DNA of 62,787 nt, filler included, from Asterionella formosa (GCA_002256025.1; 18 parts of 18 records of this genome joined end to end with filler, not necessarily neighbours in it); one strand, 5' to 3'. Counted from the first letter of the whole stretch, positions 46,800-58,984 are shown. The notes: generated from the sequence alone by a model not told the origin. Numbers and translations are program-made.

Positions 46800-47264
46800 A
46801 CATTTTGACAGCTGGGAGATTGTGTACAACAAAACACCAAGGAATGTTACATCTCTCTAGAATGAGAAAGAAAAAGCATGGTGTTGTACCATTTTGAATG
46901 GTCCACTGGGACAGCATTCTTTGACAGCTTTTCAACCTGGGTGCTTCAATTGCCACTAGAGTTTTTAACTCCCTATTTGCCATTGTCTTTCAAATGACAT
47001 ATGGTATGAAACAATATTACAACAAGCATACGCTACAATGTTTATATGGTTCCTAGTGAAAATGTTTCTTGCATCCCATCTCAATGCTTCTGGTTCTTGG
47101 GTGGACTGATTTCAATCCAGCAATAATCCATTTTTCCAATATCCAATTACCCAGTAGTTGCATTNNNNNNNNNNNNNNNNNNNNNNNNNNNNNNNNNNNN
47201 NNNNNNNNTTAATTAATTAANNNNNNNNNNNNNNNNNNNNNNNNNNNNNNNNNNNNNNNNNNNN

Positions 47265-48300
47265 ACTCAACTATAATGTTCTCAATCACTCTGAAATCCA
47301 ACTTACAAAGACAACATTGAAAAATGGAACCCAAAACAATAACACTGGAAATGCTACTTCTCCCCAAGAATTAAATCTGTCAGATGGATATGCTGGCACT
47401 CTAGTTGACCGTGTTGTTGAATACAGGAATCGTGAAGATGCTCGAAATGGAATCGACCTTGATGCCCAAGCCCGTCAACGCAAGGAAACTGCCCAAGCCC
47501 ATCTCGACTCCCACAAGAAAAGAATCTCTGCCGGCCTATTGGCATCTGCTGGCATTCATGCTCTTGGACCAAATGCGCTTGCATCTGCACTGGTGAGAAA
47601 GAGAAAGGCAGAGGAACTGGTTACTGAGCGTCAAAACAAAAGGCAGCATGAATTTATGAAGCTAGTACGGAACAAATTTATGGCTCTACGCGCAGCCAAC
47701 AAGCCTGAACATATGCTGTCAGTTCCTGAAATTAAGATCCTTGTGCGATGGTTTCGACGCAACGGAGATTTCCCGGTACCACAAACAAGACAAGCCCTAC
47801 TTACCCGCTTGGGAGAGACCTCACACCGAGGAGACCAGCAGGCGCCAGCAGAAGAGATCAAAACTGCTGTGGTTCTTGCTGCGAGTACCATCCCCCCTAT
47901 TCTCCCCCCTTGGCCTGGAGTTGACAATTGTGCTGGCACATAAGGGGGAAATTGAAATTCCAGTCGCACTGCCTTGCATGCTTCGGGCAAGGAAGAATAT
48001 GAAGGGTGGCTGGCTGAGAGGAGGAATATGAAGGAAGCGACGAAACAAGGAGGCGGAAGCGGAGCAAGGTGGAGAAGCAAACAAGCAATCAAACAAAAAA
48101 TTCTCGCTTGGCTGACATCTGTCATAGTAGTAATACCAAACCAGTAGCCTGATGTAAGCAGAACACTAATTAGTGACAAACGTAAATAATCCCTATATAA
48201 ATCTATATCAAACCATCATCAAAACGAATGAAAGTAAGATTATTGACACAAAAACTGAAATAATATTTGAGTTAAAAGGCAAACGCATTATTATTTAAGG
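47265..48300 (+). mobile_element. pogo-like transposase C-terminal fragment (same family as 57033-58884)
   Basis: PQELNLSDGYAGTLV..REDARNGID..QARQRKETA..SAGLLASAG..LVRWFRRNGDFPVPQTRQALLTR, clearly homologous to ORF 57075-58055. Confidence 0.8.
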
Positions 48301-49221
48301 TTTAAAAAATGAAAACAATTAATAATAAATGGGTAGATGATGCAACGGACAAATAATATTGTGGCAGAAAAAAGCTTTAGAGTGAACAATAGGGTAATCG
48401 AAACCAGAATTTGAATATAAAATTTTCTTCAGGTACGTAGTAAAAAATATGTATTGATAGTCATACAAAACGACCATAATCATCAACTTTAAAAACTTCA
48501 TATCTCTTGAATTATGAAGCTTCATTACTAATTAAACAGACCTATTGAAAGCGGAGAGCCTGTTCTACATGTAGCTACGTCCTTGATTTGTTGTCACCAT
48601 GAAATTTGACTAAAATAGTTTGAGTCGAAACATGGGGTAAACTTTATATGACTCTCAGTTTTTAGGTGGTACTAAGTACCAGGTACCCTCTGCTGGCTTT
48701 ACTCAACAAAGCAAAAAGGAAATAACCGCTAGTACGATACCGGAACAGATATGCCTAATAGGTAGTGTGAAATTAAGCATTTCAGTAATTGCTTGATCAG
48801 AATATTGAGCCATATGATCCCTGCTATAATGGACTAGTTTTTCCACTCTAAAATGGTTGATGTTGATCTCTCTCGTGAACCAGCTTGGCACAGTCAACAA
48901 CTTACAGGCTGACTTCCCTCATGACCCTCCAACCATATTTACAGTGCTTATCTATGTGCTCGTCCTGATGCCTTTCGATTTCCGCGCTTTCTCTCTGGCC
49001 TATCTACGACGGATCGATGAGGAAGATTGAAGCGACTCCTTCCAAGATAAGCCATGGTCTCTGAAACATCCATTGATTCCCTACGTCCTCTTGCACGATG
49101 AATTTCTGGTGGCACAGGATTNNNNNNNNNNNNNNNNNNNNNNNNNNNNNNNNNNNNNNNNNNNNTTAATTAATTAANNNNNNNNNNNNNNNNNNNNNNN
49201 NNNNNNNNNNNNNNNNNNNNN

Positions 49222-49864
49222 CAGTCGACAAGAGTTCGAAACCAATACCAAGCCAAACACTTGTGAGAACAATAATGGCGGGAAGGTAGAGAAGATTTGA
49301 TCTGAATTGGTCTTCTTTCAATGTGACAGTGCAAATTCCAGTGTCGATCTGGCATTTTGGAGATGTTGAGACTGCAAACTTCGATCCAGTTTCCTTGAGC
49401 TCTGTCTTCAATGCGTCAAACTCAGCATCTGGCATCATCGGTTCACCTATCAAGTATGCCTGCATGGCGGCGAGATATGTGGCTTCCTTTCGCTTCATGA
49501 CAACCATGTCAGATCCGTTCCATTGCAAATCTTCCTTCAATAGGTCAAACTCGTCATCCTTGACCATTTGCCTTCCAGTGGCATAGTAGGACTGAAGCGT
49601 GTCCAGAAAGATACGCTCCTTTTCGGCTACTGTGAGACGAATGAGTTCCCCACTTTCCGGATCGACGACACAGTATTCCTCGTCAGGAATGCATTCTTCT
49701 TCCTGCAAGTTAGTCTCAAAAAATCGTCCAGACTTGGCGTCGTAAGCGATTTCTCTCGTTCCGCTTGTAATGGTGATCTTTTCGTCGCTTCCTTCTTCGG
49801 CCATTAAAAGTGGACCAGCAACACGACCAGCTGTTGTCGTTGTCTTCCTTAAAGTTCGATAATC
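49222..49864 (-). CDS. PGRL1: PGR5-like 1 (PGRL1) thylakoid protein, partial (3' end cut by contig edge; signal peptide not visible)
   Basis: CIPDEEYC, LTVAEKERIFLDTLQSYY..DDEFDLLKEDLQWNGS, duplicated YLAAMQAYLIGEPMMPDAEFDALKTELKETGS, PKC, then a TM helix. Confidence 0.85.
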
Positions 49865-49874
49865 TTAAATTCAT

Positions 49875-51075
49875 TTACCGGTACTGTCCCGCTGTAGTAG
49901 CAGCAGTCATAGACATATGGTGTTCTATTTATACAATCCTAAAACTATGATGATTTACTTCCGACTACCGCTTTTCAGTTTCACGATCATACAATCCTAA
50001 AACTAGTATGATGATTTACTGTCCCACTATAATTGCAACAGTCATGAACATATGGTGTTCTATTTGTTTTTAGTTTTACGATCATACGATCCTAAAATTA
50101 TGATGATTTACTGTCCCAATGTAATTGCAACAGTCATGAACATATGGTGTTCTATTGGTTTTTAGTTTTATGATCATACAATCCTAAAACTATGATGATT
50201 TACTGTCCCACTGCAGTAGCAACAGTCCCGAACATATGGTGTTCTGTTGCTAGTTTACTACTCCGACTACCCCCAGTATATCACTTACTACCTGCTACTG
50301 GTACTCTGTATATATATATGATATATTGTTATTGTCATATGATGTACCGGTACACATGAAGAGCTCCCGACCAAAAAAGGGGCTTAAACAATTTGCTACC
50401 AAAAGCATGGCGGCTATTTAACGGTCTAAATAATTAGTTTCAACGGACGTAGAAAATATCGATGCAAACAAATTTCAGAGACAATTCCGGTACACGTAGT
50501 TGTGGAAAACAATGGACATACAGTGCATTGAGTATTTTCGAATTATGTATATGCGAGTATGATCATCCCAACCATATCAGATGTTCCATATCGAGAGCGC
50601 GTTTGAATTTTATAAATGTATAGCACTTAATATATATATATATTTACAAATTTTATTACTATATCCATGGCATATATATTTTTGAAATCCTTCTGTCATG
50701 TTAACAAACAATGCCTGCTGCTTCATGAAAAGAGACGTCGTAGTAAAGCACATTAAAAGAAAAGAAAATTTTCGCAATACATAACGAAAAACATTGTGAC
50801 TTCGACACATTGCGCATTCGAAGGATGGAGAATGTTTAAGGTAATGAAGCCATCAATGTGGTACTTGGATGACAATCGTTGGGAGGCAGGACAACAACAA
50901 ATTGTTAACTAAACGCACATTACCTTTTTTCTCAGTTGATGCTCATTCAACAGCTCGTTTCGCTTGTTGGGGAGCACCAATGTAAAACAAAACCAAATTG
51001 CGTAAGTGCTCTTGTCGCTCGTTGGACCTATTCACTTCTGTTGGAACAAAGCTGACAAAACGTTTACCTTCTCTC
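49875..51075 (+). repeat. Dispersed non-coding repeat family, copy B, starting with a tandem array of about 92-bp units (49880-50250)
   Basis: Unit TACAATCCTAAAACTATGATGATTTACTGTCCCA..GCAACAGTCATGAACATATGGTGTTCT starts at 49990, 50085 and 50177, plus partial units. The remainder matches 41700-42540. Confidence 0.9.
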
Positions 51076-51175
51076 NNNNNNNNNNNNNNNNNNNNNNNNN
51101 NNNNNNNNNNNNNNNNNNNTTAATTAATTAANNNNNNNNNNNNNNNNNNNNNNNNNNNNNNNNNNNNNNNNNNNN

Positions 51176-53028
51176 TTTTCGTCATGGTCAAGGATGGTGC
51201 GACAACATGATGAAGGATTCTCCAGGTGCTCACAGGCACTACCTTTCTTCTCTTGTGTTTTGTATGTACAAAAGAATCGCAAAATCCTAGCTAAATAATT
51301 ATATACTTGCCTACGAGGACAAAAAGAATTATAGCACGTTACTTTGTCTATGACAAGAAAATTATTGGGTGTTTGGTATGTTAATCTCTTCATACATAAA
51401 TATACAGGTATGTTGATCAGACCGGCCGAAATTCTGACGTGGTCACCTCGACAGAATTCTTCTTCCCGATTTTCCTCGGAACTAAATATTGCATGGTTTA
51501 TAACACTTTATAATTTTAGTTTGTGTTTTCTCCTCCTTTGATCGTCGCTTCATACTCTTTGTATTCCTCATGAGCCTCTTCAATCGTTAGTGTGTTTGTT
51601 GGGATCGGAACAGTTTATCAGACCCATCGCACTCGAAAGAGGGAAGAAGAGGTTTGAGAAGAATCGGACGATAGCAACTGCGATTGCACCATTGTGAGCA
51701 ACAAGTGCCGGAAGTTGCGCCGGTGACAAGCACAACAAACAGTCACAGTATCTCACTGTCTAAACAGCAGATCATCCAACTTTGGAGTGACAGGTCAAAG
51801 GGACCGTAAGACACAGGGTGTCATCGTTCACACATTTTGTCATTGTGACATAAAATCCCACCGGAAGAGGGATTGTGTGCTGGTGTTGTTGGATAGATTC
51901 CACTCATCAAAGAACATATATAAAGTCGGCATGGCCGAACAAAACGACGATCGCCCAGGCGAAAGAGAACATTTTAAAAATGCACTGATCCACGTGGTGC
52001 AATTAAATGAAGCACAAGCAGATCGTTTGATCATGCAAGACATTTCAATGTCATCCGAGCTCTCATATGTTGATGACGAGACTCTTATGTTATGTTTCCA
52101 AGCTAATAATCGTCCTACAGCTGGAAAGAAAATGCGACTGATGGCATTTAAGATGTGGATCAGAGAACAACAGGCAAATGAAGGTTTCGGAAATGTTTCT
52201 TCAAACTATTTTACAAATGAAGAACTAACAAAAATGCTTGAACAGGTTGGAAATGGCCAAAAACGCACCATTGACGCATCACAAAGAAACAATGTCCGTG
52301 ATATTAAAGAACCTGAACCATGGCTTGGCAAACCACAAGATTGGCGTAAGCGAAAACGAGAGCTCATTGCTTATATGGCTAAACGCCGCAATTGCAACAA
52401 TGTCCCTTTTCTTTACCTCATAAGAGAAGAACAAGGATATATTGAAACTGATGACAATGACATGAGTGTGATCATCAGGGATACACCACATCACGGAAGT
52501 GTCTATCAAGCAGACAACTATGAATTCTTCCAAGTGTTAATTAGCTGGACAAGTGGTGGCACGATGGAAGCACTTGTTGACCGTTACCGTTCCACCCAGG
52601 ATGGAAGATCAGCATGGCAGATGATTATAACGATGATGGACGGTCAAGATTCACGCAATGCTAGGATTAAGGATGCAGATGCGAGAATTGATAATGCATT
52701 CTACAGAGAAGACAGATCTCAATTCACATTCGAACAATATTGCGCAGTCCATATAACTTCCAACATTGAAATGGAAGAATTAAATGTCCAACGTGATGGT
52801 TTTACACAAGTTCGTAAATTTCTGGATGGTATCAAACACCAGAGCATGCAAGGACTTAAATTCCTAATTATGGACAACGAGAAAACAAAAGCAGACCTCC
52901 AAGCTGCAGTAATCAAAATGAAGGACCTCTGGAACCAGTCAAAGCCTGCTGCTGCCTCATCCTCAAACACACGTAATCGTGACGAACGAAATATAGGCAA
53001 CGCAAACTTCCGCGCATTCAGGGGTGGC
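51176..53028 (+). mobile_element. Ty1/Copia (CoDi-type) LTR retrotransposon 5' part: LTR remnant ending about 51612, putative PBS, gag ORF from 51931
   Basis: Gag motifs RRNCNNVPFLYLIRE, PHHGSVYQADN, QDGRSAWQMI, FTFEQY and QVRKFLDGIK. The ORF is open to the contig edge and preceded by ..GGAACA and a long leader. Confidence 0.75.
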
Positions 53029-53128
53029 NNNNNNNNNNNNNNNNNNNNNNNNNNNNNNNNNNNNNNNNNNNNTTAATTAATTAANNNNNNNNNNNNNNNN
53101 NNNNNNNNNNNNNNNNNNNNNNNNNNNN

Positions 53129-54567
53129 GAGAGTCAATAGTTCTGGAGCAGCGTGGCTATCACGCTTGCTCAGAATGGAATGATCAGGGTTGCTTGTTTG
53201 GTGGGCAGCGGAGAGGAATGACTGTGGCGGAAATACTGCTACTGGTGTCAGGCTAGCTACTACAGCGATGCGCATGGTTGCAGAAACCAGACCATTTACG
53301 CTACATAACGATGTAGGTCAAGATTGGGTTCAGCTTTTCCCTTCTTATTTTGCTTGGTCTTCGATTGTGTGGTGATGGAAAGTCAATGTTGCCTGGTGTG
53401 TAAGTACTACAATGATTCACAATGCATACGTCTCCATTGGAACTCTTATTTTTTATTTCATTTCTAACCCAAAACAATTTTTTCTATTTCTCATTTGATG
53501 CTACTTATTACATCGCATTTCATACTTTGGTTGCTCCAAACATCATGTTCAATTTTCATTGATGTTGCATGTTACAATCATTCTCGTGTGTTTTACGCTT
53601 GTTGTACCATCTCTATGCATATTACCGATATTCTGGTTGTCATGCTAAAATCGGCAATTTTATTGCCGAAAAATTCGATGTGCCCCATATTGCCCTTAAA
53701 TAAAAATTACTTAAGAAATTACTTAGAGCCTAAAAATTACTTAGAAGTACCCGAATGGCAAGACGATAGCTGGAGCGGGAATTGCTGATTGATTTGTGTA
53801 TACTAACAGTGTGGCCAGTGCAGAGTTACATGTGAATTCCAATTGCTGGTACCACAACACATTTATATAGTGATCAATAATATATATGCTTGGAATACAT
53901 ACCACTGGGTACTGGGTATGTACTACCAGTACTTGCATGTGTGTTTGAACAGCTGCCTGTGGTATGGGGTCGATGAGACAGCAATTCCCGCTCCAGCTAT
54001 CAAATCGTCTTGCCATTTGGGTACTTCTAAGTAATTTTTAGTCTCTAAGTAATTTTTTAAGTAATTTTTATTTAAGGGCAATATGGGGCACATCGAATTT
54101 TTCGGCAATAAAAATGCCGATTTTAGCATGACAACCAAAATAACGGTAATATGCATGGAGATGGTACAACAGGCGTAAAACACACGAGAATGATTGTAAC
54201 ATGCGCAACATCAACGAAAATTGAACATGATGTTTGGAGCAACCAAAGTATGAAATGCGATGTAATAAGTAGCATCAAATGAGAAATAGAAAAAATTGTT
54301 TTGAGTTAGAAATGAAATAAAAAATAAGAGCTCCAATGGAGACGTATGCATTGTGAATCATTGTAGTACTTACACAGGAGGCAACATTGACTTTCCATCA
54401 CCACACAATCGAAGACCAAAATAAGAAGGGAAAAGCTGAGCCCAATCTTGACCTACATCGTTATGTAGCGTAAATGGTCTGGTTTCTGCAACCATGCGCA
54501 TCGCTGTAGTAGCCTGACACCAGTAGCAGTATTTCCGCCACAGTCATTCCTCTCCGCTGCCCACCAA
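53129..54567. repeat. Long inverted repeat: arms about 53198-53787 and 53979-54567, spacer about 190 bp; two right ends of the TIR element tail-to-tail
   Basis: The arms are near-perfect reverse complements over about 590 bp (for example TTGGTGGGCAGCGGAGAGGAATGACTG / CAGTCATTCCTCTCCGCTGCCCACCAA). Confidence 0.92.
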
Positions 54568-55082
54568 GCGGTTCCATCGATGCATACATCACCAAAGTCT
54601 GATACGTAATAATAAATAAAGTAAATCACATAGCTATGATACATTGATCATAAAATTATGATGATTTTATGAAATGTTTATGATATAATTTTGATCAAAA
54701 TATGATCATGTTAAATAATACAATGATAATAAAATACGATAAAATATGTACGCAAGTGTTACCAAGACATAATAGAAAATAAATCAAGCAATCATAAAGT
54801 ATGTTAATTAATATATATGTTTGTCGTTTAATGTATACACTTAAAAACAACACTTAATATGATAGTATTATACAGTGGATAGGATCTAAGTATACGGATG
54901 CGTTGATATGTACATCACTATAATATGATTTGTGACATGATGGATTGATGCATATCACATACCGGTATCCTCAACAACTANNNNNNNNNNNNNNNNNNNN
55001 NNNNNNNNNNNNNNNNNNNNNNNNTTAATTAATTAANNNNNNNNNNNNNNNNNNNNNNNNNNNNNNNNNNNNNNNNNNNNAA

Positions 55083-56228
55083 AGGTGGGTTGATACCCAT
55101 ATTCAAACGTGGGCCAACATTGCTGGACCACTTCTTGGAGTACCCAAAGCAGTGCCATCTATTCTCTCAGGCGAAATGAAAGACACCAATATTGTGCATG
55201 GGATGTTCGGGCCAACCGTGATCGAGCAATTCTTTGGAAGAAAACTTCGTCAAGAACTTTGGAGCACGTGGGGCTCGCTATGGTCCATGCTACCAAAGGG
55301 CGGCGATGCTATATGGGGTCCCGGAGCAGACATGTGCAATGAAACCTCAGTGGTTGATGGAGTAGAATGCAAAGCAAGAACTGATGACGCCACAGAGAAT
55401 AATTTTGCATTGTTGCTGCAATTCACAGATCATGGCTCCAAGAGGAAAGAATGTTCAAAATTGTCAGACAATGTCGTCGAGAAATTTGGCCGTGAGCAAC
55501 GACATGGCGTTGATGAAACGATTCACCTCCTTACTGAGTGGGGTGCAGGTTATGGAAAATCCTTGGCCAACACTAGGTTTGTTTCTTACAACACACAGGA
55601 ACGTTCATCCCCTAAAACGTGGCATGACTCTTCCAGAACTCCACTTCCAAATGCTCCGAATTTAAAGATATACTGCATGTATGGAACTGGTCTTGATACA
55701 GAAAGAGCCTTCTTTTACCAACACAATGACAATCTGAGCAGCAACGAGGAGAATAGTCAGTGTCCAGCATCGCCCTCAGATCTTCCATTCATCATGGATT
55801 ACTCTGTTGAAAAGAATGAAGGTCAAGGCATTAAATACGGAGTCAAAATGGTAGATGGGGATGCTTCTGTCCCGTTGATCTCACTTGGGTACATGTGTGT
55901 CAATGGTTGGAAGCAGCGATACCTGAACCCATCTGGAACAAAAGTGATCACTAGGGAGTATCGTAACCAGCAGGCTTTTTCCATGGGCGATCCGATCCGT
56001 GGGGGATCCAGAAGTGGAGAACATGTGGATATCCTGGGAAACCTTGACATGACGGAGGACTTTATTCGTATCGTTACCGATCATGATTCGGGCAGTGTTC
56101 AAAACCAAATCAACAGTGATATTGCAGCCATCTCGAAGCGTATTGATGCACACCCACTTGGTGGTCTCAACAAGAGGCGGAAGCGATTAAATCCTCTTCA
56201 TCGCTTCCTTCCAAAGAGAACACGATGA
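55083..56228 (+). CDS. PDAT: Phospholipid:diacylglycerol acyltransferase (PDAT, LCAT family), 5'-partial
   Basis: WVDTHIQTWANIAGPLLGVPKAV..LSGEMKDT, SMLPKGGDAIWG, LPNAPNLKIYCMYG..TERAFFY, DGDASVPLISLGYMC and SGEHVDILGN. Confidence 0.88.
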   Translation, partial: RWVDTHIQTWANIAGPLLGVPKAVPSILSGEMKDTNIVHGMFGPTVIEQFFGRKLRQELWSTWGSLWSMLPKGGDAIWGPGADMCNETSVVDGVECKARTDDATENNFALLLQFTDHGSKRKECSKLSDNVVEKFGREQRHGVDETIHLLTEWGAGYGKSLANTRFVSYNTQERSSPKTWHDSSRTPLPNAPNLKIYCMYGTGLDTERAFFYQHNDNLSSNEENSQCPASPSDLPFIMDYSVEKNEGQGIKYGVKMVDGDASVPLISLGYMCVNGWKQRYLNPSGTKVITREYRNQQAFSMGDPIRGGSRSGEHVDILGNLDMTEDFIRIVTDHDSGSVQNQINSDIAAISKRIDAHPLGGLNKRRKRLNPLHRFLPKRTR

Positions 56229-56299
56229 AAGCTTTTCTCTCATAACTAAATATAGAACCGTAGAGCTGTATAATAAATAAATAACCGTTGTATTTAATA

Positions 56300-56932
56300 T
56301 CATCGTCGCCTTTCTCCTCGACCTTTGCCATGGATCTTGCGCCGGCTGCTTGCTTCTTCCTTTGGATCTACAACTAGATATTCGTCCATATTTCGTCCAT
56401 CTCCACCCAAACCTTCCTTGGATTCATGATCGACATGACGCTTACACGTAAATGTGGATCCCAACCAATTCTCTAGATCATTTTCCGTCTCTAGAACTTG
56501 ACCATGATAGGACTCGTGTGTTTCATCTATTTTGGGAGCGTGTTGCTGACGAGCCATCATCATCCGAGTGGCAAGTCCATCGTCATCGTCATGACGATGT
56601 ACTTTTTTAACATCTGACACGGTTTGTCGTACCTTACTTTGAAAGGACATTAATTTGGCCATGGTGTCGTCTTCTCTATGTTGTTTCGTGCCGGCTGAAC
56701 CACGTTTGTATTTAGCAAGGCGTGCTTCGACAATACTGGAAGAAACTTTTTTTGGTGGTGGTGGTGGTGGCGGTGATGGTTTTTCCATTGGTCTTGTTTC
56801 TACTACAATTGTTGGAGGCTTGGAGGTTGGTTCATATCGAATCGTTGCAACTGTTGATTCCATTTGTTCATTGATCGCATTATTATAATCCATGTCTTGT
56901 GTAGATTTTTCGATTTGTTTTTCGGTCATTGT
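56300..56932 (-). CDS. C-terminal part of a probable CWC27-like spliceosomal cyclophilin
   Basis: KYKR..REDDTMAKLMSFQSKV, NWLGSTF and DEYLVVDP recall the CWC27/CYP57 C-terminus. The cyclophilin domain is not in this contig. Confidence 0.55.
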   Translation of the reverse strand, partial: TMTEKQIEKSTQDMDYNNAINEQMESTVATIRYEPTSKPPTIVVETRPMEKPSPPPPPPPKKVSSSIVEARLAKYKRGSAGTKQHREDDTMAKLMSFQSKVRQTVSDVKKVHRHDDDDGLATRMMMARQQHAPKIDETHESYHGQVLETENDLENWLGSTFTCKRHVDHESKEGLGGDGRNMDEYLVVDPKEEASSRRKIHGKGRGERRR

Positions 56933-57032
56933 NNNNNNNNNNNNNNNNNNNNNNNNNNNNNNNNNNNNNNNNNNNNTTAATTAATTAANNNNNNNNNNNN
57001 NNNNNNNNNNNNNNNNNNNNNNNNNNNNNNNN

Positions 57033-58884
57033 AATCTCGAGCTTCTTTGCATCCAATTACTTGCTTGCGGAGTCTCAAACTTCATCACGGAATGGTGGAT
57101 CGGCAGTAGCAGTTGTAGAAGGAGAGGGAATAGCAACAGGAGGAGGTGCAGTAACAACAACCACGGCAATAGGAGGTGCATGGAGAGGGAATGGCGGCTG
57201 CTGGTCACCACGAAGATTGGTGTTGTCGAATCGTGTAATCAGAGCTTGCCTTGTTTGTGGAACCGGCAAATCCCCTGATCGTTTGTACCAACGCACCATT
57301 AATTTCAATTCTGGCACAGACATCTGTTCTTTTGTTTTGTTCTGTTCCTTCAATGTAAGTACTTTTCCGCGAAGTGTATTGAATTCTTGTTGCCTTTTTG
57401 TTTCTTTTGTACTAATGACAATGTCTGAAATTCGCTTCCGTTCCAGTGTAGCAGCAAGAATATTTGGCCCAAGAGCAAAGGTTTGTGCAGAGGCCAGTAG
57501 TCCTGCTGTTTTCCTCTTCTTGTGTCCCTCAATGTGTGAATCCGCTGTCTCCTGTCTCTTTCTAGCTTGGGCCTCCTGGTCGATTCCATTTTGCACATCC
57601 TCGCGTTTGCAAAACTCGTTAATTCTTCCAACAATTGTTCCAGCAAAGCCAGTTTGGAGGTTTAACTCATCTGGAGGGAGAGTGGCAGTCTCTGTGGGCG
57701 CATTGATGTTCTGTTGTGGTTGGGTTACTAGTTGAATCTTAGGGTGAAGCAAGACATTATAGTTCAGGGGATACCATCCTCGTTCATAAATTGCTTTCTT
57801 GTTTGTGGCAATATTTGCGAAGGAATTGTCCCATGCCGTATTCACCAGTCCAACAATGTCGACCTTGTTAATTGTAAGCTCTTGCTTGTGATCTGCTTTT
57901 AAGGTGAGCAATTTGCGTTTTGCTTTTGTGATGTTCATTTTGAAACAACCGTTTTGCTCACTACTGTCTCCAACCTGCCAGTAGCTTGTACCATAAGGAA
58001 CACCAAGACAGACTGTCCAATTGTGTACTGGGTTGTTTATGTATTCAAGGAACAAAATGTCAAATCGAGACCCATGTCCATCGATTTGTTGCTAATGGTG
58101 GCAGCAATGGTGGCACCTTTGGGCTGTCCACCAACAGTTGTATTACTCATGTCCTCCTTGTTTGTTTTCGTTGTGTTTGTATTTGCCTCCAAACTTCCCG
58201 AGGTAAGCACACCATTGTTTCCAGTTTCATATGCCAAAGTGCCCATTGTAAACTGACTATCATAATGCTCACTCACACCTTCATTGTTGTCATCTTCTTC
58301 CTCCTCGACAATTTTATATGAATTATGAATGAGATTGCTGGGAAATAACAAGGCAAAGCTGCCATCAGCATTCAAGAGTTGAGTTTTAGTAGGACCACAA
58401 TGGTCAGGTGTCAATGTAGACACCATGGTTGCAGTTGATGGTTGAAAGAGGGACGAACCAGAAGTAGTATACATACTAGTAGTACTAGACTTAACTTCTA
58501 GTTTAGCACTTTGTTTTAGTTCATTCTTCACTTGGTTAACAGATAGCTATCCAAGGGAAAATGCATTGCTTAGCTGATACTGTCCTAGAAATAGCACCAT
58601 AAGGCATTTTTCCACCATTGTTAGCCTTCTTAGCTTCTAGCTCCCTAATCACATTGTTAAGACAAATCTGAACACTGACCAACTCTTCAGGAGACAATTT
58701 CTTTCGAGGCAAGACATTGCCTTGTCGAGGCGCTTTCGAGGTCATGGTGTTGGTGTTGTGATGGGTGATGGGTGATTGTTGTGTGTTTGCATTTAATTTT
58801 TGTACTCATAATTCGGGCGCACCAGGAATTCCTATTTGACGTTTTCCATTATTGAATCTATCTCTTTATTATGGCGCACGAGCG
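57033..58884 (-). mobile_element. pogo/Fot1-like DDE_1 transposon, internally deleted (non-autonomous)
   Basis: DGHGSRFDILFLEYINNP..VCLGVPYGTSYWQVGDSSEQNGCFK..AWDNSF..RGWYPLN corresponds to the second and third acidic motifs of DDE_1. The N-terminal ORFs (58536-58745, 58037-58531) join these motifs with no HTH or first-Asp region. Confidence 0.8.
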
Positions 58885-58984
58885 NNNNNNNNNNNNNNNN
58901 NNNNNNNNNNNNNNNNNNNNNNNNNNNNTTAATTAATTAANNNNNNNNNNNNNNNNNNNNNNNNNNNNNNNNNNNNNNNNNNNN

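Noticed and set aside
49880..50250. 92-bp array as a CRISPR array or box C/D snoRNA cluster (ATGATGA present)
   Set aside because: The units are similar along their whole length with no unique spacers, there are no cas genes or box D CTGA, and the array is part of a dispersed repeat.
55083..56932. Functional cluster of PDAT, PGRL1, GPCR and the glycosyltransferase
   Set aside because: They lie on separate concatenated contigs. Only PDAT and the CWC27-like gene are truly adjacent, and they are unrelated in function.
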